This document shows positions 27,511-38,870 of a stretch of 44,126 nucleotides of DNA, piece by piece; the first letter of the stretch is position 1, and each line of letters begins with the position of its first letter. The stretch comes from Catajapyx aquilonaris (Eukaryota): contig JYFJ02003295.1 of NCBI GenBank assembly GCA_000934665.2, positions 1 to 44,126 on the forward strand. The letters run 5' to 3'. The notes under the pieces are model-generated. The model made no database searches. It saw only the letters and a program-made list of their open reading frames with translations, and was not told the DNA's origin. A program made the position numbers and the translations under genes.

Positions 27511-27662
27511 GTCCGCCCCCAAACGCATTCTTCGCAAGGGCCTCGCCTTTTGTCTAAAGCGCCACTGTTCTTTCTCTTTGGTCCTTTTTTGCAGCCCTCT
27601 TGTCTCTCCTCCTCCGCCTTCTCCCGAACCACTACCGCCCTCCCGCGGACACTTTTTGTTGA

Positions 27663-28478
27663 ATGACGTCCCGCGAAGAGGGCGGCTTGTGTTGTCTCTC
27701 TCTCGGTGGGGTGGCTGCCTCATTGGACCCGGATGACTCGTTGTGGCCGGGAGTGAACCTGCTACCACCACCACCACTGCCATACACATACCGCAGTATG
27801 GCTGCCTCCAGTGCGGCCGGAAAAGCAGACGACCACATCAAACGACCCATGAACGCCTTCATGGTCTGGTCCAGAATCCAGAGGAGGAAGATTGCATTGG
27901 ACAACCCGAAGATGCATAACTCGGAGATTAGTAAGAGGCTGGGGGCTGAGTGGAAGTTGCTGACTGAGGCGGAGAAGAGGCCGTTCATAGACGAGGCGAA
28001 GAGGCTGAGGGCGCAGCATATGAAGGACCATCCGGACTACAAGTACAGGCCCAGGAGGAAACCCAAGACCATCAAGAAGGACGGGTATCCGTATTCTTTT
28101 CCTTACTTACCGTTGGACCCCCTGGGGGCGGCCTTCTCCAGGGGCCTCTACCACCACGCGCCGCCTTTCCCCTTCCCGCCCTCGCTGACCCACGGTGACC
28201 TGGCCTCGTCCACGTGCCCACAGACGGACAAGCGGAGGCCATTCCTGCCTTCTTCGTTGATGTCGGCCATGAGCGTGGCCTCCACTTCGGCCGACTCTTG
28301 CGCCCTGGCCAAGTTGTCCTCCTGTCCTCCCATCTACACCTTTGGAGCTTCTTCCACGGGACTTGGGACACTTACTAGCTCTCCCAGTCCGTTTGTGACA
28401 GGTCCGTATCCTCCGTATACGTCCACTGTTGGTTGTACGGACGACTTAAGAAGGCCACTCTCTGTCCTCTTCTCCTGA
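27663..28478 (+). CDS. D: SoxB2-group HMG-box transcription factor, Dichaete-like (Dichaete/Sox21b subgroup), intronless coding region
   Basis: 271-aa ORF with a complete Sox HMG box at about 27834-28067 ([43 protein letters not shown]...[13 protein letters not shown]). The RPRRKPK ending is SoxB2-type. The Ile in QRRKIA, the downstream KDGYPY motif, the C-terminal LRRPLSVLF (cf. Dichaete LRRPVPVLY, from memory) and the lack of an HMG intron favour Dichaete. An in-frame TGA lies immediately before the 27663 ATG; a second ATG at 27798 has better context (AGTATGG) and may be the real start. SoxB2 identity is secure; exact orthology (D vs Sox21b) is inference. Confidence 0.93.
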   Translation: MTSREEGGLCCLSLGGVAASLDPDDSLWPGVNLLPPPPLPYTYRSMAASSAAGKADDHIKRPMNAFMVWSRIQRRKIALDNPKMHNSEISKRLGAEWKLLTEAEKRPFIDEAKRLRAQHMKDHPDYKYRPRRKPKTIKKDGYPYSFPYLPLDPLGAAFSRGLYHHAPPFPFPPSLTHGDLASSTCPQTDKRRPFLPSSLMSAMSVASTSADSCALAKLSSCPPIYTFGASSTGLGTLTSSPSPFVTGPYPPYTSTVGCTDDLRRPLSVLFS

Positions 28479-28960
28479 AGAACTTGTCACCTTGTGGACT
28501 TAGAGACAAGAGTTTATTTTTATGGCATTGGAATTATTTGTAAATCAAGTTTTAGAGTTATAATAGTGTACAACTGCCCCCCTCCCCCCAGATTTCCCAC
28601 CATTTGGCCCCAGTGGTTTGTGCTAACCATGTTGCGAATTTTTTTGACATCTTTCCATAATCAGTTACGGATGTGAGTTGTGCATAATGTGGGATAATGG
28701 TGTGTTAAGTGATGTTTTCGTGTGCTTAATTATTGCGTATGCGTGTGATGTGATATTTTAAATTGTATTGCAAAGTACAAGGGATAATGGGGATGGAAAA
28801 ATAACTTTTATGTATATAACCTTATTGCAAATGATTTTTATTTAATGTTGTACATATTACTTATCGATGCCAAATGTTTTGTTTCAAGCTATACCGTATG
28901 TTGTATATATCTCTTTACTTAAATTTTATTGCTTGGTCATGCATTTATTTGATCAATTTC
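28479..28960 (+). promoter_or_regulatory. AU-rich 3' UTR of the Sox gene with Pumilio-element and K-box matches
   Basis: TGTAHATA at 28811, 28849 and 28902; overlapping TGTGAT K-box cores at 28744 and 28749. The 3' end of the UTR is not defined because I saw no nearby canonical AATAAA. Confidence 0.5.
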
Positions 28961-31900
28961 ATGAAGCTCTTCATTACCATGACATATAAGAGTAAGCTGT
29001 TAAACATTATATGAAACAACCCATTTGGCTCCGCCGCACTTCATTATGTAAATGGTATTGAGATTCACTCGCTTTCAAAACTTATAGCATTTGCACCTAT
29101 GTGTCTGATTTTAGCACTGCCTGTGAAAATAACCCACTAAGATTGTAGAGTTTCTCATAAAATTATTGCACCATTGCAACTATTGGACTAAAATTGTGTT
29201 TGGCAATGATGCAGCGTAAGAGTCATTTGTATTGATATCTTGCACATGTCACATATAACAATATTTTCAAAAGATCTGAAGAATATTCAACATGCAGTGC
29301 TGTTGTATCGATGTTAAAATTGTTGTCAAATTAATTAGCATCGTGCCCTATATACTTGAATTTATGTGCGACTCATTATTTTGTTAATAGGAACTTTGCA
29401 TTTTTTAAACCAAGTAATTGAACAAATTTCCGCAAATGTTGTCTACGTCAAACATATGTTGCTATTGGTGTTATTGATATTCTGAATGGATTTTCTTGTA
29501 CCATACTGTAATCATGTTAGTCTTGTGAAAATATACAGATGTGAATACCCAAAGTGTGACATTAACATTTTTCAAGCGTAGACTTCCCCCATTCGCAATT
29601 TTCAGCACATAGTGGAGACCTGTATTTGCAAATATTACGCGACTCGGTAGGGCGAATATAAAAAATGCCAGGAGGAAATTGGAGTGTATTTAAAGTCGTA
29701 GCCTTTCATGCTTCCAGCATCAGCCACAATAGGATTGGCGTGTTTAGGACAGGCGATAGTACGCAGGACAAAACACGTCCTTGTCCCCGTATAGTCTTTT
29801 GTCGTGTCGACAATACTGGATGATTTGCGCTGCTGTTTTGCAATGTGGAGAACCCCAAGCACCGTTGCGCCTGCTCGGTAGGTGATTTCCGATGCTTTTG
29901 TGTGATACAAATGAATGACGTGGGAGGAATTTTATGCCTTCCTTTACCTGCCGACATGCCCTTGATTCATGTTGCATTTTGCATCCCGTGCAATGCCGGA
30001 AAAATAAACACATCTGAATATCACGAAGCCAGAGTGTGGAAGGGACCTCAAAAAAATTTTGCGAGAAAAAAAATGAGCAAGCGTGATGAGGAGGAACTCC
30101 CCTTTCTATTGGGGTCACTTCGACCCTGGAACAGGCGAGAACACAAGGTAGGACAAAGAGCAGGAACCCCGTCACTCAATGACCAGGAAGGGGCTGCCAT
30201 CCAGAAAGGACAGGAAGAGAGGCTCACTAATCGCGTCATTGGATGGAATTTGCGATCCGCAAACATGGGATGCTGCCACACCACCGGGGGGATGAGGTTT
30301 TGCATGTTTGGATCGTGGGGGTGGTATGATGCCCGGAACTCGATGGAATTCCCTGAACGCGATTCTGCCCACTAGCCATATATTTTCTGTTGTCAATTGA
30401 GTGTGGGCCTGTATAATGCCGTGTGCAAAAAGAAGGAATAATGCCAACGCTATTTTGGTCGGTCAACATGTGAAGTAACAACTTCCATCGCATGCGGAGT
30501 TGCAATATATCCTGTACACGTTGTTGCTCGCTCACAGTTTCACTGACGCACGTTATAATAATGGGCTGCATTGGTCTTCAGCATTTTTCATGTTGGTTTA
30601 TCGCTTTTAATCTGTGTAAAAAAACCGTAAATCATTCAGATTACTATGTAGCATTGGAAGGACATATGAAAATCATATGGTTCTACTGATCATACTAATA
30701 AATAGTTGTTATTAAAGGGCCGGTTTGAATATTGACAAGAAATGTGATATGGAATCCGGAAATGGAACACTCTTTACAATATCTCGCCACGTGTTATTGA
30801 TGGTTGAAACTGTTATGGTATTTACAACTTCCGTATACAGTTACGTCATCATCGCTGTGTGTCTTTTCCTGTCGGATTAAAGCATAGCCTATATCTACCA
30901 GCAGTTTGTGCTTTTATTAAGTGGCATCAGATAAAGAAAATTGTGATATACGATATGCACGATAAAGCAGAGGTTCGTTTTACCTAAGTGTTAAGTAATA
31001 AAAGTGATCAATTTTCTTTTTCTCTTTATGAACAGCACAAAATGAGAACTCTCGATAACCATGTGTTTATTAATGATAAGCACAGTTATATCTAGATCTA
31101 ATTCAGTGAGTTTATTCAGGACACTAATTCTGTAGTGTTACGATAAATTATTTGGAAAACGAACGACACCATCTTACGATAGCTGATTTCATCAGCTTTT
31201 ACATTAACTAATAGATTAATTCTATCATTTTTGCGTTGTTAATGGCATTGTGCTGAATCTCATTAGCCTACAGAGTGTTTGAAATATATTGTTAAATGCA
31301 TTTTTTAAAATGTCATAGTGTTGTTAAATGAGCTCGACAACTCTGTTAGGTAACATATTTCACGTCACGGGAATTGCCCCCCTATTACTAATATCTGATT
31401 AGATTATTGGAATGGCACTATCTATAGAACATCACCGTCATCACATGATATAACCTGGGACTCAGCATGTGAACATTGTGTTTCAGTCCATAGGAAGTAT
31501 ACGTGTGGCCTTTGTTGGCTTTGATGTGGGGAAATGCTAGTGGGCAATGAGCACCCAACCTTGTCCTTTGTGATACCATCCATTGGAACAGTATCCCCGG
31601 AAACCAATTTGTACCTGCTGCATCCCATTCTCCAATCAAGCATTTCCTACCGTACATTCTGGTCCTGTTGTGTTGCTATATCGTTGCGGGGAATAAGAGA
31701 AGGGGAAGTTGTCGTCTCCCCCTCCCTCCCCATAAATAATCCTCCCCATCTACCCGCCACCATTACAGCCACCCTCCACACCTACACCATAATTATCCTG
31801 ACTGGGATCCAAGTCACTTAATTATCTTCCCAGTCACCGAGGTGCGAAATCCGGTGATCGAGGCGTTGGAAGGTTGCTACGAAGTCTTCTCCCCGGAAAG

Positions 31901-32077
31901 ACAGCCGGCTCATTAAAATAATCGCATGCCGGGGAAGCCTTGTTAGCACCAAGGAGTACTAGTCTCCCCTCACTTCTCCCCCTCAGTCAACCTCTTATTC
32001 ATACTTACCCTCCCCTTTTCACAATATCTGCAAAGGGGATACAGAATTGATTTGGGACCATATTTGCTCACAATGTA

Positions 32078-35000
32078 GGACAGGAAGTGAATTTACGCAG
32101 GATTTATTGAAGGGTTATGGGTTTCAAGCAGGCAGAAAAATGTATTGTGTTTGCTGCCTATTTATTCATTTAAAACAGACAAATTGGTCTCAAACACATT
32201 ATTTGGCACGAAAACCATCCGTATGTGCTGAAGGAATGAATTAAAATGTAACATGATGAGAAATGAGTGTCTGCATAAGTATTACATCGGTTCACATACG
32301 GATGTATTCGTATAGTAAGTTTACACTGCTGGTTGACTGTAATTTTGTCTAGTAATGTGCCAAAGGGAGGGATAATTAGTTTCCATGGAAAATTCTCTGG
32401 GAGATAGAATTCGCAGAAAAGAACCGTCGTCCATAGAATAGGGCTTCCAATGGGGCAGGTCCAACTCGTCGTGGACATCCTCAGGAGTCGGATTTCTGAA
32501 ACAGAGTACGATATCAAGAGATGATAGGATATGCCACATCTGGACAAGGCTTCTTATATAGGCTATACTTACCCAAAAATTACAAAATTTGCCCACATCT
32601 TTGTCACTTTTCTTGCTAGCAACATCTCCTCTTCATTCAATGGTAAACGATCATTTGGAGTATACAGGTATATCAAATCTTCACCATGAGTAACACCTGA
32701 AATATTTTTCAATTAATTATTTCATAGCCACGAGCAGATAATTTATTTCATAAAAATAGCAAATGTTATTATGAACATATTTGAATATCATACCAGGAGG
32801 AAAGGGTGGAGGATCTGGAAACATCATATGCCATTGCGCTTGACTATATTCTCCCTCATAGTCAAAACTATACCAGTAACTCTCGCTAACTTTTGAGTGC
32901 AGCTGCATCGTTCGGTAGTTACCAGCCTTCATGTAAAATACACTTGTCATCTGCAATAAATAAATGTGCATACATCACTTTCAAAACCTTCAAAAAAAGG
33001 TACACTATAGACTTTCTTTGGAAGAAAAAAACTATGCACATTGCAAGTAAAATAAATCAATATTGAAAATATTACGTCAATGAGTCCGGGTGCCATGGCA
33101 GTAAAATCTCCGTCACTTCCTGGAGTTAGGTAGTCGTCCATAACAGAGATTCCCAAGGCATTCATTGAATCTGCCTGGATACCTGCGTATACAAAAATAG
33201 TCTATGGTGTGCAACTATACTCTCATGCCAGTGTCTAGCAAAATCACTGGTATTAGGAATGGCAGTACGAGGTGCAATGAAAATTAAAACATGTTGTTTT
33301 AATATTAATTTCACATATACTTGATTGATATTATTTTTCATTTGTAGTCTACACCTGCCGACTCGTAACATGCTGATAATAACTTGTGGCTAATAATATG
33401 CACTGTATTACAGAATTATCAGTAACTGTACCTGTGCAATTCACTACACCTCGTATTGTACTCATGAGATAATTATAGCTACTTACCCACCATGTGGAGA
33501 ATAGCGGAACCGAATTCTCTACTTAAAAATGTCGAGTTGTTAACCAGATTATTAGGTATCAAATATTGAAAATAGATAGTTCCCAAGATGAATGAACCCT
33601 CTGTCTTTGTGCTTCCAAACATGACTTTCAAGCGACTAAGGTTTTCGCGTCTCTCTGGATCATTGAGTATTTCGATGGGATGCTTATCCAGGAGCTTGGG
33701 GTATCCATCAGGCGCGACTTGTTGCACACACGGACATGTTCCTCCAAATTGAGACTTGCCTTCTTTGAATAAATTTGCAGAGTAAGTGACAAAAACGCGC
33801 GATATCTCATCATCCGAATGGGTTAAAAGACACGCCGCTAATTTGGAGTGATCCTGATCAGTACAGTTGAGCATGGCTGCAAATTCCACTGCATGACGAA
33901 CGGGATCAGCATCAATAGTCCAATACTGAAGGGCGCTTCCACTTTGGGCTATCACATGTCTGAAGTATTCTGAAAACAATCAAACCGGATATTATCTTGC
34001 CAATGTGACAAGTAAAGTAACTTACGATTTGAATATTCGCTAAGAGCCAGAAGAGAGACACTGGATCCTCCAGCACTCTCTCCGTTGATGGTAACACGTG
34101 TTGGGTCGCCTCCAAATGCGGAGATGTGCTTGTTGACCCACTGGAGAGCCAGGGTTTGGTCGTACAGGCCCGCATTTCCAGGGATCTCTGGGACTTGCAG
34201 GCAGAGAAACCCTGTTGGGCCAAGACGATACTGAATTGTCACCATCACCACATCTTCTTCCATCATGTGATCGGCAGTGTATGATGCCATGCTTCCCGCA
34301 ATGTAGGCTCCGCCATGAACATAGACTATCACAGGCAATAGGTTGCTGTCACCTGAAGGGATCTGTTGAATGTACAGTAGCATACGTTATAGTGTTATAG
34401 TCTAGGACTCTGGGCGATGCAATATGTTTATAGACCAACCTCAGAACAAAGAATTAAAAGTAATCGTGTTTTACTTACATTGTGAGTATAAACGGTGAGA
34501 GCAAGACATGAATCAGCTGGTTCATTTTTTACTTCATCAGTTCCGAATAACTGCGGGCCATCAGGTACTGATTGACGGCATGCGACTGCGGGTTTGGTAG
34601 CGTTGAAGACCGATTTGAATGGTGGAGCAGGCTTGGATGGCTGTATAATCATAAAGAATAACACAGTTGATGTCTTATTGCGTAATAACATATTTAATAA
34701 AATTATTCTTACCTGAAACCTTGTTTCTTGTTGAATAGTATCTGCGTAAGGTATCCCAATGAAAGCAGCATAAGATCTACTCGAATATGGCGTGTTTTTA
34801 GACAGTCCCACTATGGTTCCCAATCCAGGCACCTGAACTGTAGGATTGGAATCTTGACTGGCTGCAATACCAGTAAATACAATACATGCAATGAGTAATA
34901 ATTGGCACGGATGAAGAACGGCCATGGCGACCAACTAATGAATATATGTATTATCTTCCGTAGAGTTAGTACCGTTGGATTTATATTGCGTCTTGTTTGC

Positions 35001-35492
35001 ACTTTGCTCGAGTGTTTTTGTGAAGACCCTCCTATATGAGCAGATAAGTGATCCTTGAATTTGATCAGTATCAGGTAGATAAGCACATTGATCAATCAAG
35101 GTCAAAGTCGTCATCCCCTTGATGCCTATATATAACTTCCTATTTAATCAACGTTACAGAGAAGCTAAAATATAAACAACGTAAGAGTTCTCAGTGCCTG
35201 CTGCAGTAAAGGATATAAAGAGGTTATACCAGGCTTGGTCAGCCATACACGGTTACTGGTTACTGCCGGTAACAGGCCAGTGACATGTTGAAACTTTACG
35301 CTACTCTACTCCTCGGCTTATGATCTAGCATGCGTAAGATCTTCCTCCAGGGCCATGTAACCGTGCCGTAGTCCAAATGATAAAATTAATGTCCGAAATA
35401 GCAGTCAACGTCGCCCCGGTCAGGGTACGAACCGATAATGCGTCTGACTTGTAGCAGGTGGGCATGAGGACCTGATAAAATAATAGGGAAAC
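32078..35492. repeat. Segmental duplication unit A (about 3.4 kb), direct repeat of 40528-43910
   Basis: Homology begins at ggacaggaagtgaatttacg (32078 and 40528). It runs through the 3' UTR, all exons and introns, and about 0.5 kb of upstream DNA to catgaggacctgataaaataat..ggaaac (about 35492 and 43910). Confidence 0.9.
32321..34925 (-). CDS. Secreted type-B carboxylesterase (alpha/beta hydrolase), copy A, 8 coding exons, 585 aa
   Basis: Exons on the minus strand, all GT-AG and phase-consistent: 34925-34713, 34640-34479, 34362-34026, 33969-33487, 33182-33076, 32950-32794, 32696-32573, 32495-32321 (1758 nt including TAA). Motifs: hydrophobic signal peptide, FIGIPYA, CLALTVY, oxyanion HGGAY, QYRLGPTGFL, GNAGLYDQ, FGGDP, nucleophile GESAG, AQSG, acid FGSTKTEG, catalytic His GVTHGED, WANF..FGNPTP. 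AATAAA on the minus strand at 32161-32166. Confidence 0.95.
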
Positions 35493-35495
35493 CCC

Positions 35496-35678
35496 GAAGC
35501 AGTAGTGGTGGAGTGGATATGGTGTCCGACTGCTAATCGGGAAGTCCTGGGTTCGACTCCAGTAGGCCGGCGATCCTGACCTTAGTTTTCAGTGGTTTTC
35601 CAAGGTCGCCCCAGGAAAATTCCGGGATCGTACCGTAAAATAGGCCACGTGCAGCCGCTTCCTTCCTTTCCCTGCCCT
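35496..35678 (+). mobile_element. tRNA-derived SINE (truncated)
   Basis: A-box-like TAGTGGTGGAGTGG and B box GGTTCGACTCC (35550-35560), then a body (ttttcagtggttttcc...ccgggatcgtaccgtaaaataggccacg...ccgcttccttcc) resembling widespread hexapod SINE bodies as I recall them. It starts where homology to duplication unit B stops. Confidence 0.72.
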
Positions 35679-36035
35679 GGAGGAGGCGGAGTGGTGCTGC
35701 GGTAAATGTATGCGCCCACGGATGTTAAGGTCCCGGGTTCGATCCCAGCCCGGGGACACCCCCTTCATCTCGTGCAGAGTTCAGGGTCACCTCTGGCTTC
35801 GTCTCGGGTGATATTTCCAACAGACTAAACCACCCGGGCAAGTTCACTAAAGATGGCCACGTTTAAGACATTGCACTGAACCTTGCACATCTCCTCCTGT
35901 CATCCTGCCCATGGGCCCGGGCATTTCAAAAATATGGTTTATATCCTATAAGTTACAATAAAGGTCCGTGCCGCATACCCTATGTAGGGTCAGGCACTAC
36001 CCAAGAATTATTATTACTTATTATTTATTTAATTA
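35679..36035 (+). mobile_element. Second tRNA-derived SINE with 3' stem-loop and (TTA)n-like tail
   Basis: A-box-like TGGTGCTGCGG and B box GGTTCGATCCC (35736-35746). A 3' hairpin gtgcc..accct.atgt.agggt..ggcac (about 35968-35997) is followed by an attattattacttattatttattt tail. Confidence 0.7.
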
Positions 36036-37194
36036 TATGCGTGCCACTGAAGGCATCTTAATTATTCTCTGCGAAGGGAAATTCCGAATAAATTTAAAGT
36101 TACTCTGGCATTGGAGAGTAAATTATACGTAGTGACATACCGAAATCATAACCTTAGTAAAACTTTAGATTGTAAAAATCAATCATCTAACTTATATAGA
36201 AATTCTTTTATTCGTTTTGAAACATTCTTTTCCCACATAAATTCCGTTGCACATCTTAGTGACGAATATTATGACTGTATAACTATAATTCAAATATTTA
36301 GAGAGATTAACTTACTGTTATGCAAGTACAGTATCGTATATTACAGGAGTTCATGTGTTATTTTCTCATTTTCTGAGATGTAGCAAATAATGGCGGGGGG
36401 AGGAAGAGGAGATATTTAACAGGAACAAATACCAGCATTTTTGTATACAAATGAGCATGTTAATTGATACCATCAGCTGTCAATGCGATTATCATAGGCT
36501 GTAGCAGATGATGTGAGTTGTAACTTTTAGAACATATTTTTGGGGGTAGAGGGAAGCACCAAAGGGAACCACACCCAAGCGAATTACTGATAATCACTGG
36601 TGTCAAGACCAGAAATGATTGGTGACAGATGACAATCCGATTGTAAACCACGAGGAATTTTTCTCACTCATGAATTCTAGTGATTCAACCTCGTAGTGCC
36701 ATCTGTTAGTCACAATTCCCTGGACGGTATATTTCCTGTAGTTGCTCAACAGATGGCACACTACTCACAAGTCAGTATCGTGGGAACAAAGGTTCCTTCT
36801 AGTGATTTACATCTTACTACTGGTAATACTGGTGGTACGAAAAAATATTGGATAGTTGTCGAAAAAAATGCTTGGCCTTGTGATATGGAGGAATGACGGA
36901 TTTTTGACTGCATGAGTAAGATTAATATAGGTTGTCTTACTGCCAGTTTACTTTTTTTTAGAATCCGACAAATTATACACAAACATTTTATTGCAATAGA
37001 ATGTACATGATACAAAGACAGTGTAAATACATTTTCAGCGTACAGAAATATTATACAAAGCGTAACATAATTATGTGAAATATGGGTCGCCTTTAGCAGT
37101 GTAGCTTTAGCTTACAAATAGGCTATACAAATGCCGTGGAGTGGCCACGACGGTTCACATGCACGATGTACAGTATCCTTATAGAAGTTTTACA

Positions 37195-37865
37195 CTATTT
37201 TACACCATATATTTTCCTAGCAATGTGCCAAAGGGTGGGGTAATTGCTTTCCATGGAAAATACTCTGGGATCTAGAATTCGCAGAAAAAATGGGAAGGTT
37301 TAACTCATCACGAACATGTTCAGGAGTTGGGTTTCTGAAATGGTACATTAAACATAATTACAGCTGAAAAAATGTAGAAGGTGGCAGGTTAAGCCACGTT
37401 TGGAAGGCATTTCTTATACTCACCCAAAAGTTACAGAATTTGCCCACATCTTTCTTGCTAGTAACATTTCTTCGCTAGTATTCAGTGGGAAAAGAAATGG
37501 AATCTTTGGAATGTATATAGATACAACAAATCTTCGCCATGAGTGACACCTGAAACATTGCACAATTATAATAAGTGCTGGTGTTAGGTAGATATTGAAT
37601 CATATCATCAAATATCAATGTGTATACGGTAAGTGTTTGAATAACATACCTGAAGGAAAGGGCGGAGAATCCGGAAACATCAAATGCCAGAACGTTTTAC
37701 TACTTTCTCCTTCATAGCCGTATACAGCATAAGTGTATGGCATAAATCAACTCCTGAGCATTACAGTACTCCAGGATTTGAAAATCATGCAGTCGATAAA
37801 AACGTATTTTTTTAAAGAAATATCGCAATAATTATCGTGCCATTGGAGAAGTCACAGACTCTGGT
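37195..37865 (-). pseudogene. 5'-truncated, frameshifted carboxylesterase pseudogene (copy C; last three exons plus a trace of exon 5)
   Basis: Exon-6 homologue ends at 37650 (YGYEGESSKTFWHLMFPDSPPFPSG|GT). Exon-7 homologue 37549-37424 starts GVTHGEDLLYLY but is 126 nt rather than 124 and runs into TGA. Exon-8 homologue 37334-37195 (NPTPEHVRDELNLP...) has 29-nt and 1-nt deletions relative to copy A. No exons 1-4 are recognisable upstream. AATAAA on the minus strand at 36987-36992. Confidence 0.88.
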
Positions 37866-38870
37866 ATATAGAAGTGCATGTTTAATCGCAGCCTATCAAG
37901 GATTTTCAGGCCAATAATAATTTCTATGATCAAATTTTCAAAGAGTATATGTAGTGTACAATGCGGTGAGCCTGGGAGAGAAAAGAGTTTGGCATTCCAT
38001 AGTACCGGTACTTGTATAGTCATAGTGTAAGGACAGGTTAAAGGGGATGGATGAAAATACAGCTAATCGAACTTTTTCATTGTCAATTAACTTGTACTGT
38101 AAGTTTTTCAGACCTGTTTTGACCACCGTTTTCACCGTGGTTTTGACAGTTCTCCCTATCAAGATGCACGGCAGTGCATCCCGCCAAGTCTAAGCCACTT
38201 CCACCGCCACTGACCCAGACCATTCGCCCCTTCTCTCCTTTACTCTTACGTCTCGCGCTGCCGTGCATTCTTTACTCGAGCTCACTCGCTCTCTACATTT
38301 CGGCATTTTCTAGTTCGGCACATGGAAATGCTGCAAGGCTCAAATTTTAATGCGGGAATGGGGCACACCCAGGGACCCTACAAATAAATCGTCGTGAAAT
38401 TTGGACCACTGGGTCCACGCCAGGAGAGGGCCCAAATTGGCATATTTTTGTCTGATTCATATAATATAGGGATGGCGAGAATCAAAAAGATTGGCCAGTT
38501 TCAGTTATCGTACAGATCCCAAATTTTGTACAAAAATTGGCCCTCCTCTGAAACCCCCAGGAAAAGTCTAAAACCGTAAGTCGCCCATCTTGGGTCCAGA
38601 CTACAGCCATTCAAACACGAAAAAAATTCAAAAAAAATTCCAACAATGACAATACTTGACATATGGTCTCCATAGTACCAATGTATTGACATTTCTGCAA
38701 ATAGAATTCTAGAGGCTAGACGTGTCTTTCTGTCACTCTCTGTTCCAGTTGGCTTGGTTAACGGTGCAGTTGGGTCTGTACTCAGTGTTACATATACCAC
38801 CCCGATCAGCCACAAAAAGTTAAATCCGTAAGAATTGAATTTCCATTTGGTCAAGAGTTAATACTGGTTA

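Noticed and set aside
29635..30571. Cluster of 83-176 aa ORFs downstream of the Sox gene
   Set aside because: Mutually overlapping on both strands with no recognisable homology; more likely non-coding.
31420..32020. Possible decayed LINE coding remnant between the Sox gene and esterase A
   Set aside because: Composition is suggestive, but no translation gave a motif I can name; needs blastx.
32462..32474. HDEL tetrapeptide in the last esterase exon as an ER-retention signal
   Set aside because: It is internal, more than 40 aa from the C-terminus.
34060..34090. Juvenile hormone esterase call for the esterases
   Set aside because: RF, DQ, E and GxxHxxD motifs are present but the diagnostic GQSAG is not (GESAG/GHSAG); substrate cannot be assigned from sequence.
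35496..35760. tRNA genes (also 23300-23370)
   Set aside because: A and B boxes are present, but I could not form acceptor or anticodon stems and each continues into a SINE-like body.
38300..38850. Transposon-like internal sequence upstream of the helicase fragment
   Set aside because: No termini, repeats or coding motifs that I could verify.
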